Below are positions 1 through 13,144 of a stretch of 64,000 nucleotides of DNA, piece by piece. Below the pieces are notes generated by a model. It had not been told where the DNA came from, made no database searches, and worked only from the letters and a program-made list of their open reading frames with translations. Every line of letters starts with the position of its first letter. Within the stretch, counting starts at the first letter, position 1. This stretch comes from the human T2T-CHM13v2.0 reference genome, Homo sapiens: assembly GCF_009914755.1 (NCBI RefSeq), contig NC_060926.1; one strand, 5' to 3'. Position numbers and translations under genes: made by a program.

Positions 1-213
1 GCATGAGGGAAGATGCTGTGAAGAAACACAGGGAAAAGACAGCCATCTGCAAGCCAAGGAGAGAGGCCTGGTACAGATTTTTACCTCACATCCTTCAGAA
101 GGAGCAAACCATTCAACACCTTCATCTGGGACTTAACAGCCTCCAGAACCATGAGACTATACACTTCTGTTGTTCAGGGAACTTTGTTACAGCAGCCATA
201 GAAAAACAATGCA
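1..213 (+). mobile_element. MLT1-family MaLR LTR, 3' part (cut by window edge)
   Basis: MLT1 hallmarks: gccatctgcaagccaaggagagaggcc...cagcctccagaaccatgaga...tttgttacagcagcc, ending aatgca (cf. ctaataca). Confidence 0.8.
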
Positions 214-1221
214 GTCATGAAAAAAGTATGTGAGGAGCACCTTAAGACAAAGTAGTAATAAATGTTGAAAATAAGAGCATAGGTGAAGGTATACAGGCAC
301 GTATAAATAACAAAGTAGGATTTCTAAAAGCATTAAATGAAAGGAAGAATTGACTTTTTATTGTCAGAGGATACAATTCATGATGAAGATAAAATAGTTA
401 TGAATCATATATGTATTAAATATTAGTGTGTCTGTATATTCATAAAAAGGAATTGAAGAAAAAATGGAAACACAATAGAAAGAAATTCTGATTTACCTCT
501 GAGGCGTGATAGAGTCAGTGAGAAAATATAAAATAGAATATAGAAATTCTAAGGAGCATAATTAGGAAGATCTAAGGGGGTACATTTATAATCCTATATT
601 CTGAATGTAGAGACTGTACTTTCTTTTCAAGTAGCTATTAAATACTTACAAAAATTGATGCTGTATTATGTTAAAAAACTATAATTTTTAAAAATTAGGC
701 ACGATTTAATACCAGAAATTAGAAAACAGAAAAATCAGAAAACAAAACCTCTTCCTCCTGAAAATTTATAAATACTGTCTTATTAACTCTTGGGTAAAAT
801 TGAAATTTCAGAATATTTAGAAAACATTGGTAATGAAAGTACTACCTTTATGTGCTATGCTGCAAAAGTGCTCATTGAAAACTCATACAGATATGAAAAA
901 AATAGCCATTTGGTTAAACATTAGAACAAGAACAACAAAATGAATGGAGATAAGCAGAAGGAAGAAAGTAGTAACGATAAGCTAAAATCAATGAGTTAGC
1001 AAAACTATAACTATAATTTTAACTTATATAAAAAAATTAATCCCCAAATCCTACATTTATTTATTTTTGTTTTACCAAAGGCAGCTAAATCGACTAAGAA
1101 AAAAAAAGCAAGCACAAATAAACGTTATGATCAATAACCACAGAAACAGGAAAATTAAGAGAGTGGGGCAGATGTAATAGAAAAACTTGACTAAAAAATT
1201 TATTCTAGGAAAGTATAATTG

Positions 1222-1225
<4 letters not shown>

Positions 1226-1260
<35 letters not shown>
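1226..1260. repeat. (TG)n microsatellite, ~17 units
   Basis: Directly visible. Confidence 0.97.
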
Positions 1261-1264
<4 letters not shown>

Positions 1265-1464
1265 AAAGATCAAATTAAAAGAACTAAACTGCAAAAAAGT
1301 ACCAGGCTCAGATGCTCTCACAAAAGATTTTGTTTTTCATTAACCCAAAGTGTTTATTGAACATGTAGGTATATATTTTTTTCTTTGCCCAGGTGATTAG
1401 CATTTTAAAGGTATGAAGGCCTAAATTCATACCTATAATATCAAAAATTATATGTGCTTTCTCT

Positions 1465-1567
1465 CCTTGTTTATTGTGAATATTTAAGATGTACAATACA
1501 ATGTTTCAGTATATTTACACATGGTGACATGGTTACTATAGTCAAGCAAATCAATATGTCATCTCAT
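1465..1567 (-). mobile_element. Short L1MA-type 3'-end fragment
   Basis: tttattgtgaatatttaagatgtacaat...ggttactatagtcaagcaaatcaatat resembles the reverse complement of L1MA 3' ends. Confidence 0.55.
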
Positions 1568-2367
1568 AAAAAATTCTAACATACTCTTAACAGGAGATAA
1601 TTCTCTTAAACTGTATCAAAGCATAGAAAATTAAGAAACCCATCCAGCTCTCTTTTAATGTAACAATAAGACATTAACATCAATGCCTGACAAAAATTTC
1701 AATAAAAAACAAAAGCAAGACTAGAGACCAAATTTTGTTGTTAATATTGATAAAGAAATCCTAAATAAAAAATTAGTGAACTGAACCTAGTAACACATTA
1801 AAAGAATTGTTTATAATTGGATATAAAAATCTATATAATTCATTTTATTAGTAGATCTAACGAGAAAAATACATCACACTCCATGGATGCTGAAACCTGA
1901 CATCTTTTTGATTAAAATAAATTGTCTAAGTGGGGATAGGTGGTTTCTGCTACATGACAGATGTATTTGTATCATAGTCCCAAAACTTGCCCCTTACTTT
2001 CTATATCTATATTTCTGTATTGTGCCAAATTTTACATTGAACTAGCAAGAGAAAGAAAATAAAGTCATAAAAATTGGAAAGTAGGTGACAAAACTATTGC
2101 TATTGTGAAGAATTATTCATACTTCATAAAGAAGTATTTATTGAGTCTTGCTATAATCTAGGAATCAGTGAAAAAGAATACTAAAAATTTATTTTGTTTG
2201 TGGAGCCTACATTTCAGTAATATGCTATTATATTATTATGTACCTGAAAAATGAAGGGAATCTTGTGAAAAACTACCACAGATATAAAATTTTAGTACAA
2301 AGTTAATAACCAGAAACCAATAGTTTACATATATAAAAGCAAACAATAAGCATTAAAAGATCTAAGA

Positions 2368-2485
2368 GGCTGGGCATGGTGCTTCACACCTGTAATCTCA
2401 GCACTTTAGGAGGCTGAGGTGGGAAGACCGCTTGAGTCCAGGAGTTTGAGACCAGCCCAGGCAACATGGTGAAACCTTGTCTCTA

Positions 2486-2522
<37 letters not shown>

Positions 2523-2680
2523 GTTGTTGCACACCTGTAGTTCCAGCTACCTGGAAGGCTAAGGTGGGAGGATCACCTGAGCATGGAGAGATCCTGGCTG
2601 CAGTGAGCCGTGATGGCGCCACTGTACCCAGCCTGGGCAAGAGAGTTAGACCCTATCTCAAAAAATAAAATAAATAATAA
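2368..2680 (+). mobile_element. Alu (AluJ-type), full length, with A31 middle linker
   Basis: ggctgggcatggtg...cttgagtccaggagtttgagaccagc; flanking TSD taaaagat(c)taaga at 2354-2367 and ~2678-2690. Confidence 0.93.
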
Positions 2681-4083
2681 AAGATTAAGAAAGTACCTTA
2701 TTCTCAGTAGAAACCTAAAAGAATAATATAGCTAGGAATAAACATAGCAAGGTATGTGCAAGACCTGGATGAGGAAAGTTTTCAAGCACTCTTGAAGGAC
2801 ACAAAAGACAAATTAAATAAAGATGTTAATTCACCCTATGTTATGATCTTAATGAAATAGTATGATCTTCTTGAAAATACTAACAGGGTTCCTTGTGTGA
2901 CCATTTGTTTATTTTGAAAATAGATAAGCTAATTCTGAAATTCATTTAGAAAAAGTATAAAGATTTCTGAGAAAACTAGCTGTATAGTACTGGTACTGGC
3001 GCATTAATAAATAGACCAATGGAAGAAAAGATTTGGATTTTTGATGGAAAAGATGAATGGTATATGAGTAGCCATCTGGAAACAAATAAAGTTAGATTCA
3101 TTCCTCCTACTCAATACCAATATGTATTCCAAATGTACTAAAGATTTGAATATAAAAATCAAAACCCTACATTTATTAAAAGGAAACCTGGGAGAATCTT
3201 TTGAACATTGGGAATGAGGGAGGCTTTGCTAATTATGACTTCAAATGTAGAAACTATAACAGAAAAGATTGATAAATTCAAATATATTTTTATCAAATTT
3301 CTGGAAGTAAAACAAGCAAAAAACATCATAAGCAAATTCTAAAATGCAAATGACATGCTGGAAAAAAGTATGCAGCTTTTGGTACAGAGAAGGGTTTAAT
3401 CACCCTAACATATGAAGATGCCTTACAAATCAACAAGGAGAATACCAAGGAATCATGAAAAAATAGGCAGTAGATATGAATATACTCTTCATAAAAAAAT
3501 GGAAATACAGTTGATTTTTGAAACACATGATAAAATGCTTCTCTCATAAAAAGGAAATTGAAACTGAGATCCTGTTTTATGTATTAGACTGGAAAAAATG
3601 GAAACGTCTGATATCATAGTCTGTTGAAGAGGCTTTGGAAAATGGGCGCTCTTGCTTGTGAGTATAAATTGGTAAAATCACTAGTAAGAATAACTTTTCA
3701 ATTTCAAAATTATATTACAAATGCATAGACCCCTTCGATCTACAACTTTCACTTTCAGGAACTTAGAGAGAAACATGTATAAAATGGCCCAGGTAAGGTT
3801 ATTTATTGTAGCATTGTTTATAGAACAAGCTCAGAAGCTGCAAAATGTCCATTAATAGCAGAATGGATAAGTAAATTATGGTATATCTTTACAGCTCTAC
3901 AAAAGAATAAGGGTGTTCTATATATAGTGAAAAGGAAATATTGCAATATACATTGTAAGGTAAAAAACCCAAAGCCCGGACAAATGTCTGTAGTATGCAA
4001 CTATTTTTGTGACAAGGGGTGATATAATAATATATATTCAAGTTTGCTTATATTTGTGTAAATACTGGAAAGAAACTGATTTA

Positions 4084-4376
<293 letters not shown>

Positions 4377-4806
4377 GAAACTGATTTAATAATAACTATG
4401 GTTATCTGATAAGAAACTGATTTAATAATAACTGTGGTTATCTGACAAGAAGGGGAGAATAGGGATTGAAAGAGCCAGAACAAAGTTGGAAGGTGAAACT
4501 TTGGATAATTTTAAATTTTTGCACCATATGAATTTTTTCTTTATTAATAAACTAAGAAAATAAATTGAAATTAAAAATGAATTCCATTAGGATAATGGTG
4601 TAGCCAAGGTATATTGTAGGCAATGATTTTTCTCCTTCCCGTATTTTTGATTAAGAGAGACATCAAAGGTGAGTGTAGATGGTGTCATTACTACTACTAA
4701 AAAAAAAACCCCAAAAAACCCCAAAGTTGGCAAATAACGTTTATAGGCACAAGGTCAGTACATTTTGTACCCTACAGTGATTTGCTGTGTTTTCTGGGTG
4801 TGTGTC

Positions 4807-5189
4807 TGTTCTAGTCAGTTCTGACTGCTGTAACAGAATACTATCAACTGGGTGGCTTAAACAACAAATATTTATTTCTCACAGTTCTGGATGCTGGAAG
4901 TCTGAGATCAGCATGCAGATGTGGCTGACCTCTTGGTGAAGGTCCTCTTCCTGGTTGGCACATGGCCATCTTCTCTTGTAACCTCACATGGAACAGACTG
5001 AGAGAGACAGAGAGCATGCAAGCATGGGCAAGCTCTCTAGTGTCTCTTCTAATAACTTCTAATCTAATCCGAGAGGTTCACCCTCATGATCTCATTACCT
5101 CTCAAAGGCTCCAGCTTCTAATACCATCACAATGGGCATGTGGGTTTCAACATACAAATTTTGGGGAGCGCAGCATTCAGTCCATAGCA
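4807..5189 (-). mobile_element. MLT1A-type MaLR solo LTR
   Basis: ctgctgtaacagaatac...ctgggtggcttaaacaac...ttctcacagttctgga...attcagtccatagca matches the reverse complement of MLT1A. Confidence 0.82.
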
Positions 5190-5230
5190 CTGACCCCTTG
5201 AGCTGCTTGAGCTGCTTTTAGAAAGGTATC

Positions 5231-5250
5231 ATATATATATATATATATAT
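5231..5250. repeat. (AT)n microsatellite
   Basis: Directly visible. Confidence 0.9.
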
Positions 5251-5490
5251 TTCACCCTTATTACTTGAAGTTTGGTCATTGTGCCTTCTCCTTACCCCTA
5301 TTTTTCCTGATCACTTACATTAAAGCATTAGTATCAAATCAAAGAAAGATTAAATAAACATAGTTAATATTAAGCAAAGATATAATAAAGGAATGGAGGT
5401 CACGTGGCTTAGTTTTGTTGGGTAGTAGATCACCCTCATGTGATTGTTGGCTAGACATTCTCTAACACATTGAATAGAGGGGAGGGATAG

Positions 5491-5822
5491 TGTATTAGTC
5501 CATTTTCACACTGCTGATAAAGACAAACCTGAGAGTGGACAATTTACAACAAGAAGGAAATGTATTGGACTTACAGTTCCACATGGCTGGTGAGACTTCA
5601 CAATCATGGCGGAAGGTGAAAGGCATGTCCCATATGGTGGCAGACAAAAGAGAACTTGTGCAGGGAAATTCCCCTTTTTAAAACCATCAGATCTTGTGAG
5701 ACTTATTCACAATCATGAGAACAGCACAGGAAAGATCTGCCCCCATGATTTAGTACCTCCCCCGCTGGGTCCTGTGGGAATTCAAGATGAGATTTGGGTG
5801 GGGACATAGCCAAACCGTATCA
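5491..5822 (-). mobile_element. THE1 (THE1B-like) solo LTR
   Basis: tgtattagtccattttcacactgctgataaagac...gagatttgggtggggacatagccaaaccgtatca; 5-bp near-TSD gatag/gatgg. Confidence 0.9.
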
Positions 5823-5839
5823 GATGGGAAAGAGGAAAA

Positions 5840-5990
5840 TTAACATTTACTGAGTTGTACATACAGTTTCACATTTGGTTCTTGTTGCAATATAATTTAG
5901 GTTGGTAAACAACCTTTTCTTTTTTACAGATGAGGAAACTGAGGCTCAGAGAGGTCAATGGAGTGAGGAATTGAACAAGTGCCTATCATT
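5840..5990 (-). mobile_element. MIR fragment
   Basis: MIR core ttttacagatgaggaaactgaggctcagagagg. Confidence 0.8.
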
Positions 5991-6268
5991 TCAGGGCCAT
6001 CTCTTGCCGCTTCACCAAGTGTACTTTTTTCAAGTAATGCATAGTCTTAGTAAAAGACTCGATGTGGGATACAGTTAAAAAGGGATGACCAAGAAAACGA
6101 ATAGAAGAGGAATGTGTGAAAAATGGGGACAAAGGATATGAGAAGGGGAAGAAAGATAAACTGTGTTTGATAAAAATTGTACCTTAGGCTTAAATGAGGC
6201 ACTTTAGGATTTTTTTCCATGCTTTTTGTCTCTACTACATTATCCTGATATGTGATGATTGGGTAGCA

Positions 6269-6290
6269 TTTGTTGTTGTTGTTGTTGTTG
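6269..6290. repeat. (TTG)n microsatellite
   Basis: Directly visible. Confidence 0.9.
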
Positions 6291-6687
6291 AGAAAGTGAG
6301 ATATTTGAATGATACCTCTTTGCAAATTTACCTTCAATGGACTCCCTTCCTTTGAAGGCTGATGAGGCTGACTCAGTTTGTTGGATGTTCCATTGAATCT
6401 TTGTTGCCCTTAGGGAAGCACATTGCTGATGAGGAGAAGTGCAAGCATTAGAGCAAGATTCATGTTTCTAAATGTTGTTTCATGAGTAACTTCTTTTGTC
6501 CTAGTGGTTATTTTTGTTCATGCTGCTAGTGGAAGGCCTCGGTCCTCAGAGGTAAATATAGAAATCTCAGTAGCAGATAGTAAACAATAGGGGGAAAAAA
6601 ACCTCTCAGATATAGACAAGGGCAGATCTGTTTATAGTGAAAATGAAAATGGATTGAAAATTATTTTTCTGGTACCTTGTTTCATAG

Positions 6688-6818
6688 CATCCTGATGAAA
6701 AGAGATTGGAAGGCCTCTCCAAGCAACTGGACTGGGATGTTCGAAGCATTCAGCGCTGGTTTCGACAAAGACGCAATCAGGAGAAGCCAAGCACGCTGAC
6801 GAGGTTCTGTGAGAGCAT
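6688..6818 (+). CDS. CERS6: Internal coding exon (probably exon 3) of ceramide synthase 6, homeodomain-like region, ~residues 93-136
   Basis: Acceptor ttatttttctggtaccttgtttcatag|, donor AT|gtaagt; 131 nt, phase 0 in and phase 2 out. Translation [43 protein letters not shown](M) matches my recollection of human CERS6. Six CpGs are retained in a CpG-poor background. Exon number is from memory. Confidence 0.95.
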
Positions 6819-7746
6819 GTAAGTTGCTGTTTTTCTTTTTGAAAGAAAAGACCTAAGTACTCATGCCAACCCTGAGGTGAAAAATAAAAGATCTGTGCAG
6901 GCTTCAGCAGCCCTTAAAAAGCTGCAATCTGGTGGGAAAATAGTTCAGGAAAAACACAGGAAACAGTAGTTTGTAAGAATTTGTGACTTCCCCTTTGGAT
7001 ACAGTAAATAAATTTCACTTCTTAATGGAGTTTCTACAAAGTAAGCATATTATAAAAGGATCTACAATGGTCTTTTTAATCAGTCATCTTTGAAATACAG
7101 CATTAAAAGTTGTTACTTTTATAGATGTGGGTAGTTTGAATTTTAGTAAAGGCAAAGGCAACTTAGGTTCTTCCTACTAATAAAAACTGAGATATTAGGA
7201 TATATTATCAGAGGGTCGTGACAATCTTCTGTATTCCTGGAGATTTAAGAAATGGCTCTATTATATTTCTGGGTGAGTTTAATGAAGCATTGCTTGAAGT
7301 TGGGGGATGGAATTGAAGTCTCTTCCATCTCTGAAATGTGAACTTTATATAGTGTATAAATTATATATCAATAAGGCTGTTAAATATATTAAAGGACCCA
7401 CAGAGAGCTCTTCCAGCACAGTGATATTTTGAAGTAGTGATACTTCATGCACTTACCTATAGGAAAACCAGAGAAAAATACATTGAAACATTGAGAACAT
7501 CCCCAAGAAAGGGAAGACGTGCCTGGAGAGTCATTACCCTATGTGGTCTTCATCTTTTGGGTGTAACTCTTCCTATGTCTTCTAACAGTCCCTCAATTTC
7601 TTCTTTCGGGAGCTGTTTCCTGACGTCTGGTCATTTAAACAGTAGTGCTTTCGGTGTAACTCTCTTAGTTGCAGGCCCTTTCTCTTTGGGGTTGGAGCTG
7701 CATTTTCAGCTTTGGCTTTCAATTATGTGAAAAAAGTGTTTCAGTG

Positions 7747-8270
7747 TGAAGGGGTGACCTTCCCCTCCACACCTGTGGGTATTTCTAGTCGGGTGGGATG
7801 AGAGACTGAGAAAAGAAAGAAGACACAAAGTATAGAGAAACAACAGTGGGCCCAGGGGACCGGCACTCAGCACACCAAGGACCTGCACTGGCACCAGCCT
7901 CTGAGTTCCCTCAGTTTTTATTGATTATTATTTTCATGATTTCAGTAAAAAGGAATGTAGTAGGAGAGCAGGGTGATAATAAGGAGAAGGTCAGCAAAAA
8001 ACATGTGAGCAAAAGAATCTATGTTAGAATTAAGTTCAAGGGAAGGTACTATGACTGGACATGCACGTAAGCCAGATTTATGTTTCTCTCCACCCAAACA
8101 TCTCAGTGGAGTAAAGAATAACAAGGCAGCATTGCTGCAAACATGTCTCGCCTCCCACCATAGGGCAGCTTTTCTCCTATCTCAGAATTGAACAAATGTA
8201 TAGTCGGGTTTTATACTGAGACATTCAGTTCCCAGGGGCAGGCAGGAGACAGTGGCCTTCCTGTATCTCC
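7747..8270 (-). mobile_element. ERVK-class LTR (LTR13-like), only the 3' half present
   Basis: tgaaggggtgaccttcccctccacacctgtgggtatttc...gagttccctcagtttttattg...cccaggggcaggcaggagacagtggccttcc. Minus-strand AATAAA at 7917-7922 and TATA-like element at 8209-8215. Confidence 0.8.
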
Positions 8271-8569
8271 AACCTGGTGGATACAATCAGCAAAGCCCTC
8301 TCAATAAATGAACTTACTGGCAGTTTATGGGAGAAGGATTTATGTATCTGGGCTCTTGGTCAAAAGCCACAGTTGCTTCCCAGCTTGGCCCTGCCATATA
8401 TCCAAAGGGCCTGGGCTCTGGTTTTGAGCCACGAGTCTGAGCAAGGGTGAAGTTGGGTCTCAGCACATGTCTACATGCTGAAAGTCATGTGCCATCTTTC
8501 CCTCCTCTGACTAACTTCTTTGGTGACTTGGTGCCAGCCCCTACTATGCTGAGTCTACTCCAGTTTCTC

Positions 8570-8735
8570 TCAAATACTATTGTATTTGAGATTTTAAGAT
8601 AAGCATCAGTCACCTGGGGATCTTGTTAAAATGCGGAATCTGATGTACTTAGTCTGGGATGGCAGCATTTTTAACAAGTTTCTACATGATGCTGGTGCCA
8701 TTGGTCTATAGGTCACACTTTGTGTAGCAAGTACT
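8570..8735. mobile_element. MER5-type hAT-Charlie DNA transposon
   Basis: gcatcagtcacctggggatcttgttaaaatgcggaat...ttttaacaag...cacactttgtgtagcaag. Confidence 0.7.
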
Positions 8736-9011
8736 AACATTAGAGCAGTGTCTATCTCTTCTCCATGAATTCAGCAGGTCATTATGTGCATACCACAATA
8801 AATAAGACAGTCATAGTTATGATCAATTAAAAATGCTTCTAAATGATTGCTAGTGGTATGGCAATGTGGAGGCACAATGATGGGGAAGAGATGGTGCATA
8901 AAATAACATCATTTCTTCCCTCAAGAAATTTGTAATAGTGTTATGGAAATAAGACATAATATCTGAGTATGTGTAGGTCAAAGATAGATATTAGAAAATA
9001 ACCAGATATGG

Positions 9012-9403
<392 letters not shown>

Positions 9404-9439
9404 TTAGAACTGGGTCAATGTCAGTGGCCTTTCATCTTT

Positions 9440-10450
9440 CTGTTGTATGATATAGTATTGATGAAGTTTTGTTTTGAAACTCTCTTCTTCCTTGGTTTCT
9501 GAGTTGCCACTAGATTCTCCTGCCTTTCCAAGGTCTTTTGTTTGCATCATTTATTCTGTGTTTGCTGTGTGGTCTTTAATGTGTTAATGACACTCCAGAT
9601 TTAGTCTTCAATCTCATTTTTCCCTTGCCCTACCTTCCATTCTGTGTGTTAAAATCATTTCCTCTCACCAGTTTCTTCCAAAGCCATGTGTACAGTGCAG
9701 ATGTTTCTTCTAAGGCATCGTTCTGCGGGCTCCAACTGGCAGTTCTAATTTGCTTCCACTCCTGACTTTATTTTTCCTATTGTTTTTATGCTTCCGTTTT
9801 GTCATAGGCTGGAAACTCAAGTCAATCAGCCACTGAGTTCTATTAATTCTTTGTAAATTCGCCATTATAGCCCAATATGCTTTCATATGTCTCCTTATTT
9901 TTTTTATCTTGCATACACATAGACATTTTGTTTGCTACCAAAAATCCCAAATTATTTTTCTAAAATACTACTATCCCCATGTTGTGACACTTTAAAACTT
10001 TGGTGATTTTAAGGCAACTATAGGATAAATATTAGGTCCCTGAGCCTGATAACTAGAATCTGTCTTTTGCTTGTTTAATGTCAGTCACCCAAATGACATC
10101 TTCCTTCTAGAGGGTTGTGTTTTTACTGTCTGTGCCTTCTTCCTTCCTGCCTTGTGTATGGTGTTCCAGGCCAGGAACTTCCTCTGCCTTACCCATTTAT
10201 CCCCTCACCATTCTTCAAATCCCAGGCCCTCTCTGAAGTGTGGCCTGACTATTGGGGCTGGAGTGAGCACAGCTACCCCTGCATCCTGAGAGTACTAGGA
10301 ATTTAACCCTGAATCACATGCTGCCTTATGTGGTTACTTAACTTGCCTATCTATTTCAATTCCAATTCTGTGTTGCTTGAAGACCACAGGGTCACATCTT
10401 GTTCTTTCATTTCTCAACAGGACTCTGCCAAATAAATAATTTGTTATGAC
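9440..10450 (+). mobile_element. Degraded L2 3' region
   Basis: Pyrimidine-rich tract with L2-like phrases (gaaactctcttcttccttggtttc, ccattcttcaaatcccaggcc, aaataaataatttgtt). Confidence 0.55.
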
Positions 10451-10754
10451 TGTGTGTTAAAATGGCATTGTTTTGGAAAGAGTTGCTGATCACATTTGTC
10501 ACTTTGCCCCTATAAATGAGTGCCTAATATATACTGCCTTAGCATAAAATTTGTCTAGGAAAATTACCTGACTATGGAAAGCTCCATGACAATTTTAAAG
10601 ACAGAAATTCAGAGGAAAGAATGGGATGGCAAAGGAGAACATTTAGAGAACACCGTGAGGGATAAAGTAGAATTATAGTGGTCTGTGTATGCAAATGTGT
10701 GTGTCATACTTACTTACCTATATAAAAAAAGATCTAGAATAGTTGTTATTAACT

Positions 10755-10910
10755 AAGGATGCATTTCGCAATCACCTAGTGATGTTTTCAAAATACACGT
10801 GCCCGAGCCCCATCCCAGGGTGTCAGGATGATGACTCAGGTGGAGTCTGAACATGTATATCATGGAAAAAAATGCCCCAAGTGCTTATGACACACATCCC
10901 TGGTTAAGAA
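10755..10910. mobile_element. MER5-type DNA transposon
   Basis: aatcacctagtgatgttttcaaaatacacgtgcccgagccccatccc...ccctggttaagaa. Confidence 0.6.
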
Positions 10911-12838
10911 GAAAGACAGTTGCTGTTCAGAAATACTAAAAGGTGAAATTAGAAAACGAGAACACAAATTTGGAGCTCGTTGCCTGAGGGTCAAAATGTA
11001 AAGGATCTATATAATTTTTCTATTATATAAGTTCCTATTTTTCAAAATATAGAATTCCTTCAGGATAATTGTATTTCATCTTTCAGCAGTGTGGAATAGC
11101 ACCAGTATGCAAGCCAAACTGTGCTTGTAAGCATCTGCAGGCATGTCCAATTTCTGGCACACACATTACATGCAGATGGAATGAGTAGAAGCTGTTTAGC
11201 GAGTAAAATGCTAATACATTGACATGATTTTTTTTCTCTTGCTTGAAGTCAGTCATTCACAGTCATGTCAGTTTTGATGAATACTTCTTCCAGAAGCATT
11301 CAGATTCTTATTGGCAACTGAAATAGAGAATTTCAAGAGAGAATGAAGAATTTATAAAAATGAGATGTCATGTGAGACATTTGAGAAGCAACTGGTTCCG
11401 AATGGAAGCAGGTGCCGGTTGGGATTATGCCTTTGGGCTGGGGAAGCTGTATCATCCTTCTCTGACAATTGCATCCAAGTGGTGGGTTTTTATCACTCAG
11501 GATAATATAAAATAAATAAGATATTAAATATATTTGCTGGATGTAACAGAAGAAGCAGAGATAAGATGTCAGAATAAATGGCATTCCTTTCATTTGGACC
11601 CTGCCTGTGCTCATCATTTTTGAGTATCGTGCAGTACATTTCATAGCACAGGTCTGGGAGGAAATATAATACAGGGCTTTTATTTAAGCAGTCTCAAAGA
11701 TTGGAAAGATGAATCTCCCATATGTAATCTGAAAATCTACTCAGTGATTTGAATTGGAGCTTACTCCCTATGCTGCTGAAGTTACGGAGTTTGTTGAGTA
11801 AGATGACAGCTTAAGATTCCCTTTTCTTTAGGAATTCCATTTTAGAATTGATACTGATTAAAACTTTCCCCCAATGCTGCCATATTTGTATGCTTCTGTA
11901 TAGTGGCAGCAGACTCATCAAAACCTGGGACCCTTTCGAAACTGTGATTATTTCTGCAAAGAAGCCCTGTGATTTTTCTTAGTTTGTGATTCCATTGAAC
12001 ATGAGCTAATTCATCATTGAAAAATGAATGGGTTAACCAATTGCCTTCATGCTACTAACTTGGTCACCTTGAATCTAAATAGCAGTTTTTACAGCTGTTT
12101 ATAAATTATCAGTGCTATCTTGTGACCTTCATGGAAAGTGGAGCCTAATAATTGATGACAGGGGAAGGGAAGTGAGGTCATATAGGAAACAAGCAGTTGA
12201 GTCTCTTATATTCCTTTATTTCAGATCAGTCTTTTATCTGAGGAAATAGTATGGGGAATATGTTCAACATGTTTTCATAAACAGCCACCTACTTGCAAAA
12301 AAAAAAAAACCCTGAATATTTGTAAACCATTTCCATATATTCCATACTCTGGTGATGGACAAAGTTTTGCCAGAGAGAAAATTCAATTTTGATTATTTTC
12401 TCTATCAGACCATGACATGAGCATCAGTTACAAAATTTACTGCCAAAATTCTCCTCATAATGAATGCAGTTTTTGAAGGGGGGAATAAGAAACTATTATC
12501 TTCTAGAGAAATGGCATCTTTGTTTTTTCAGTACTAGGATACATGATCAGCAATGTGTAAATGCTGATTATAAGTCTGGGGAAAAAATCATAAGATTGGT
12601 GGACAGTCTCTAGTTCTTGAAAAGTACAGGGTTGAGCTGTTTTGTTTCTGTTGTGGTGATAGTTGTGGTTATTTTCCATTAATACAAAACAGTCCCTGGT
12701 TTGGAGAACAACTTCTGTAATTCAAAGTACATTGTTATAGTCCAAGTCACTGCTCAGTGAATGTCTTGGTGTGCAAGACTATTACCTTAAACAGTTTTAT
12801 ATCTGTGGGTTGTATTCAGGTCAGTTTTAGCTTTGGGA

Positions 12839-13144
12839 CAGAGGTCAGCAAACTTTTCCTATAAATGGCCATGAAATAAATATTTTAGATCATATGGACT
12901 TTGTTGCAATTACAATTCTGCTGCAGCATAAAAGCAGCCAGAGATGATGCAAATGTGCATGGCTGTGTTCCAGTAAAAGTGTATTTATGGATACTGAAAT
13001 TTGAATATGTCATTTTCATGTGTTGTAAAGTATTATCTTTAAAAAATACATTACAAAAAATAAAAGCTATTCTTAACCCATGGGCCATACAAAAACAGAT
13101 GGCAGGCTGGATTTGGCCCTCTAGCCATAGTTTGCAGAACCCTG
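12839..13144. mobile_element. MER58 (MER58B-like) hAT-Charlie DNA transposon
   Basis: Imperfect TIRs cagaggtcagcaaact / agtttgcagaaccctg; 8-bp near-TSD ctttggga/ctttaggg; internal catggctgtgttccagtaaaa. Confidence 0.85.
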
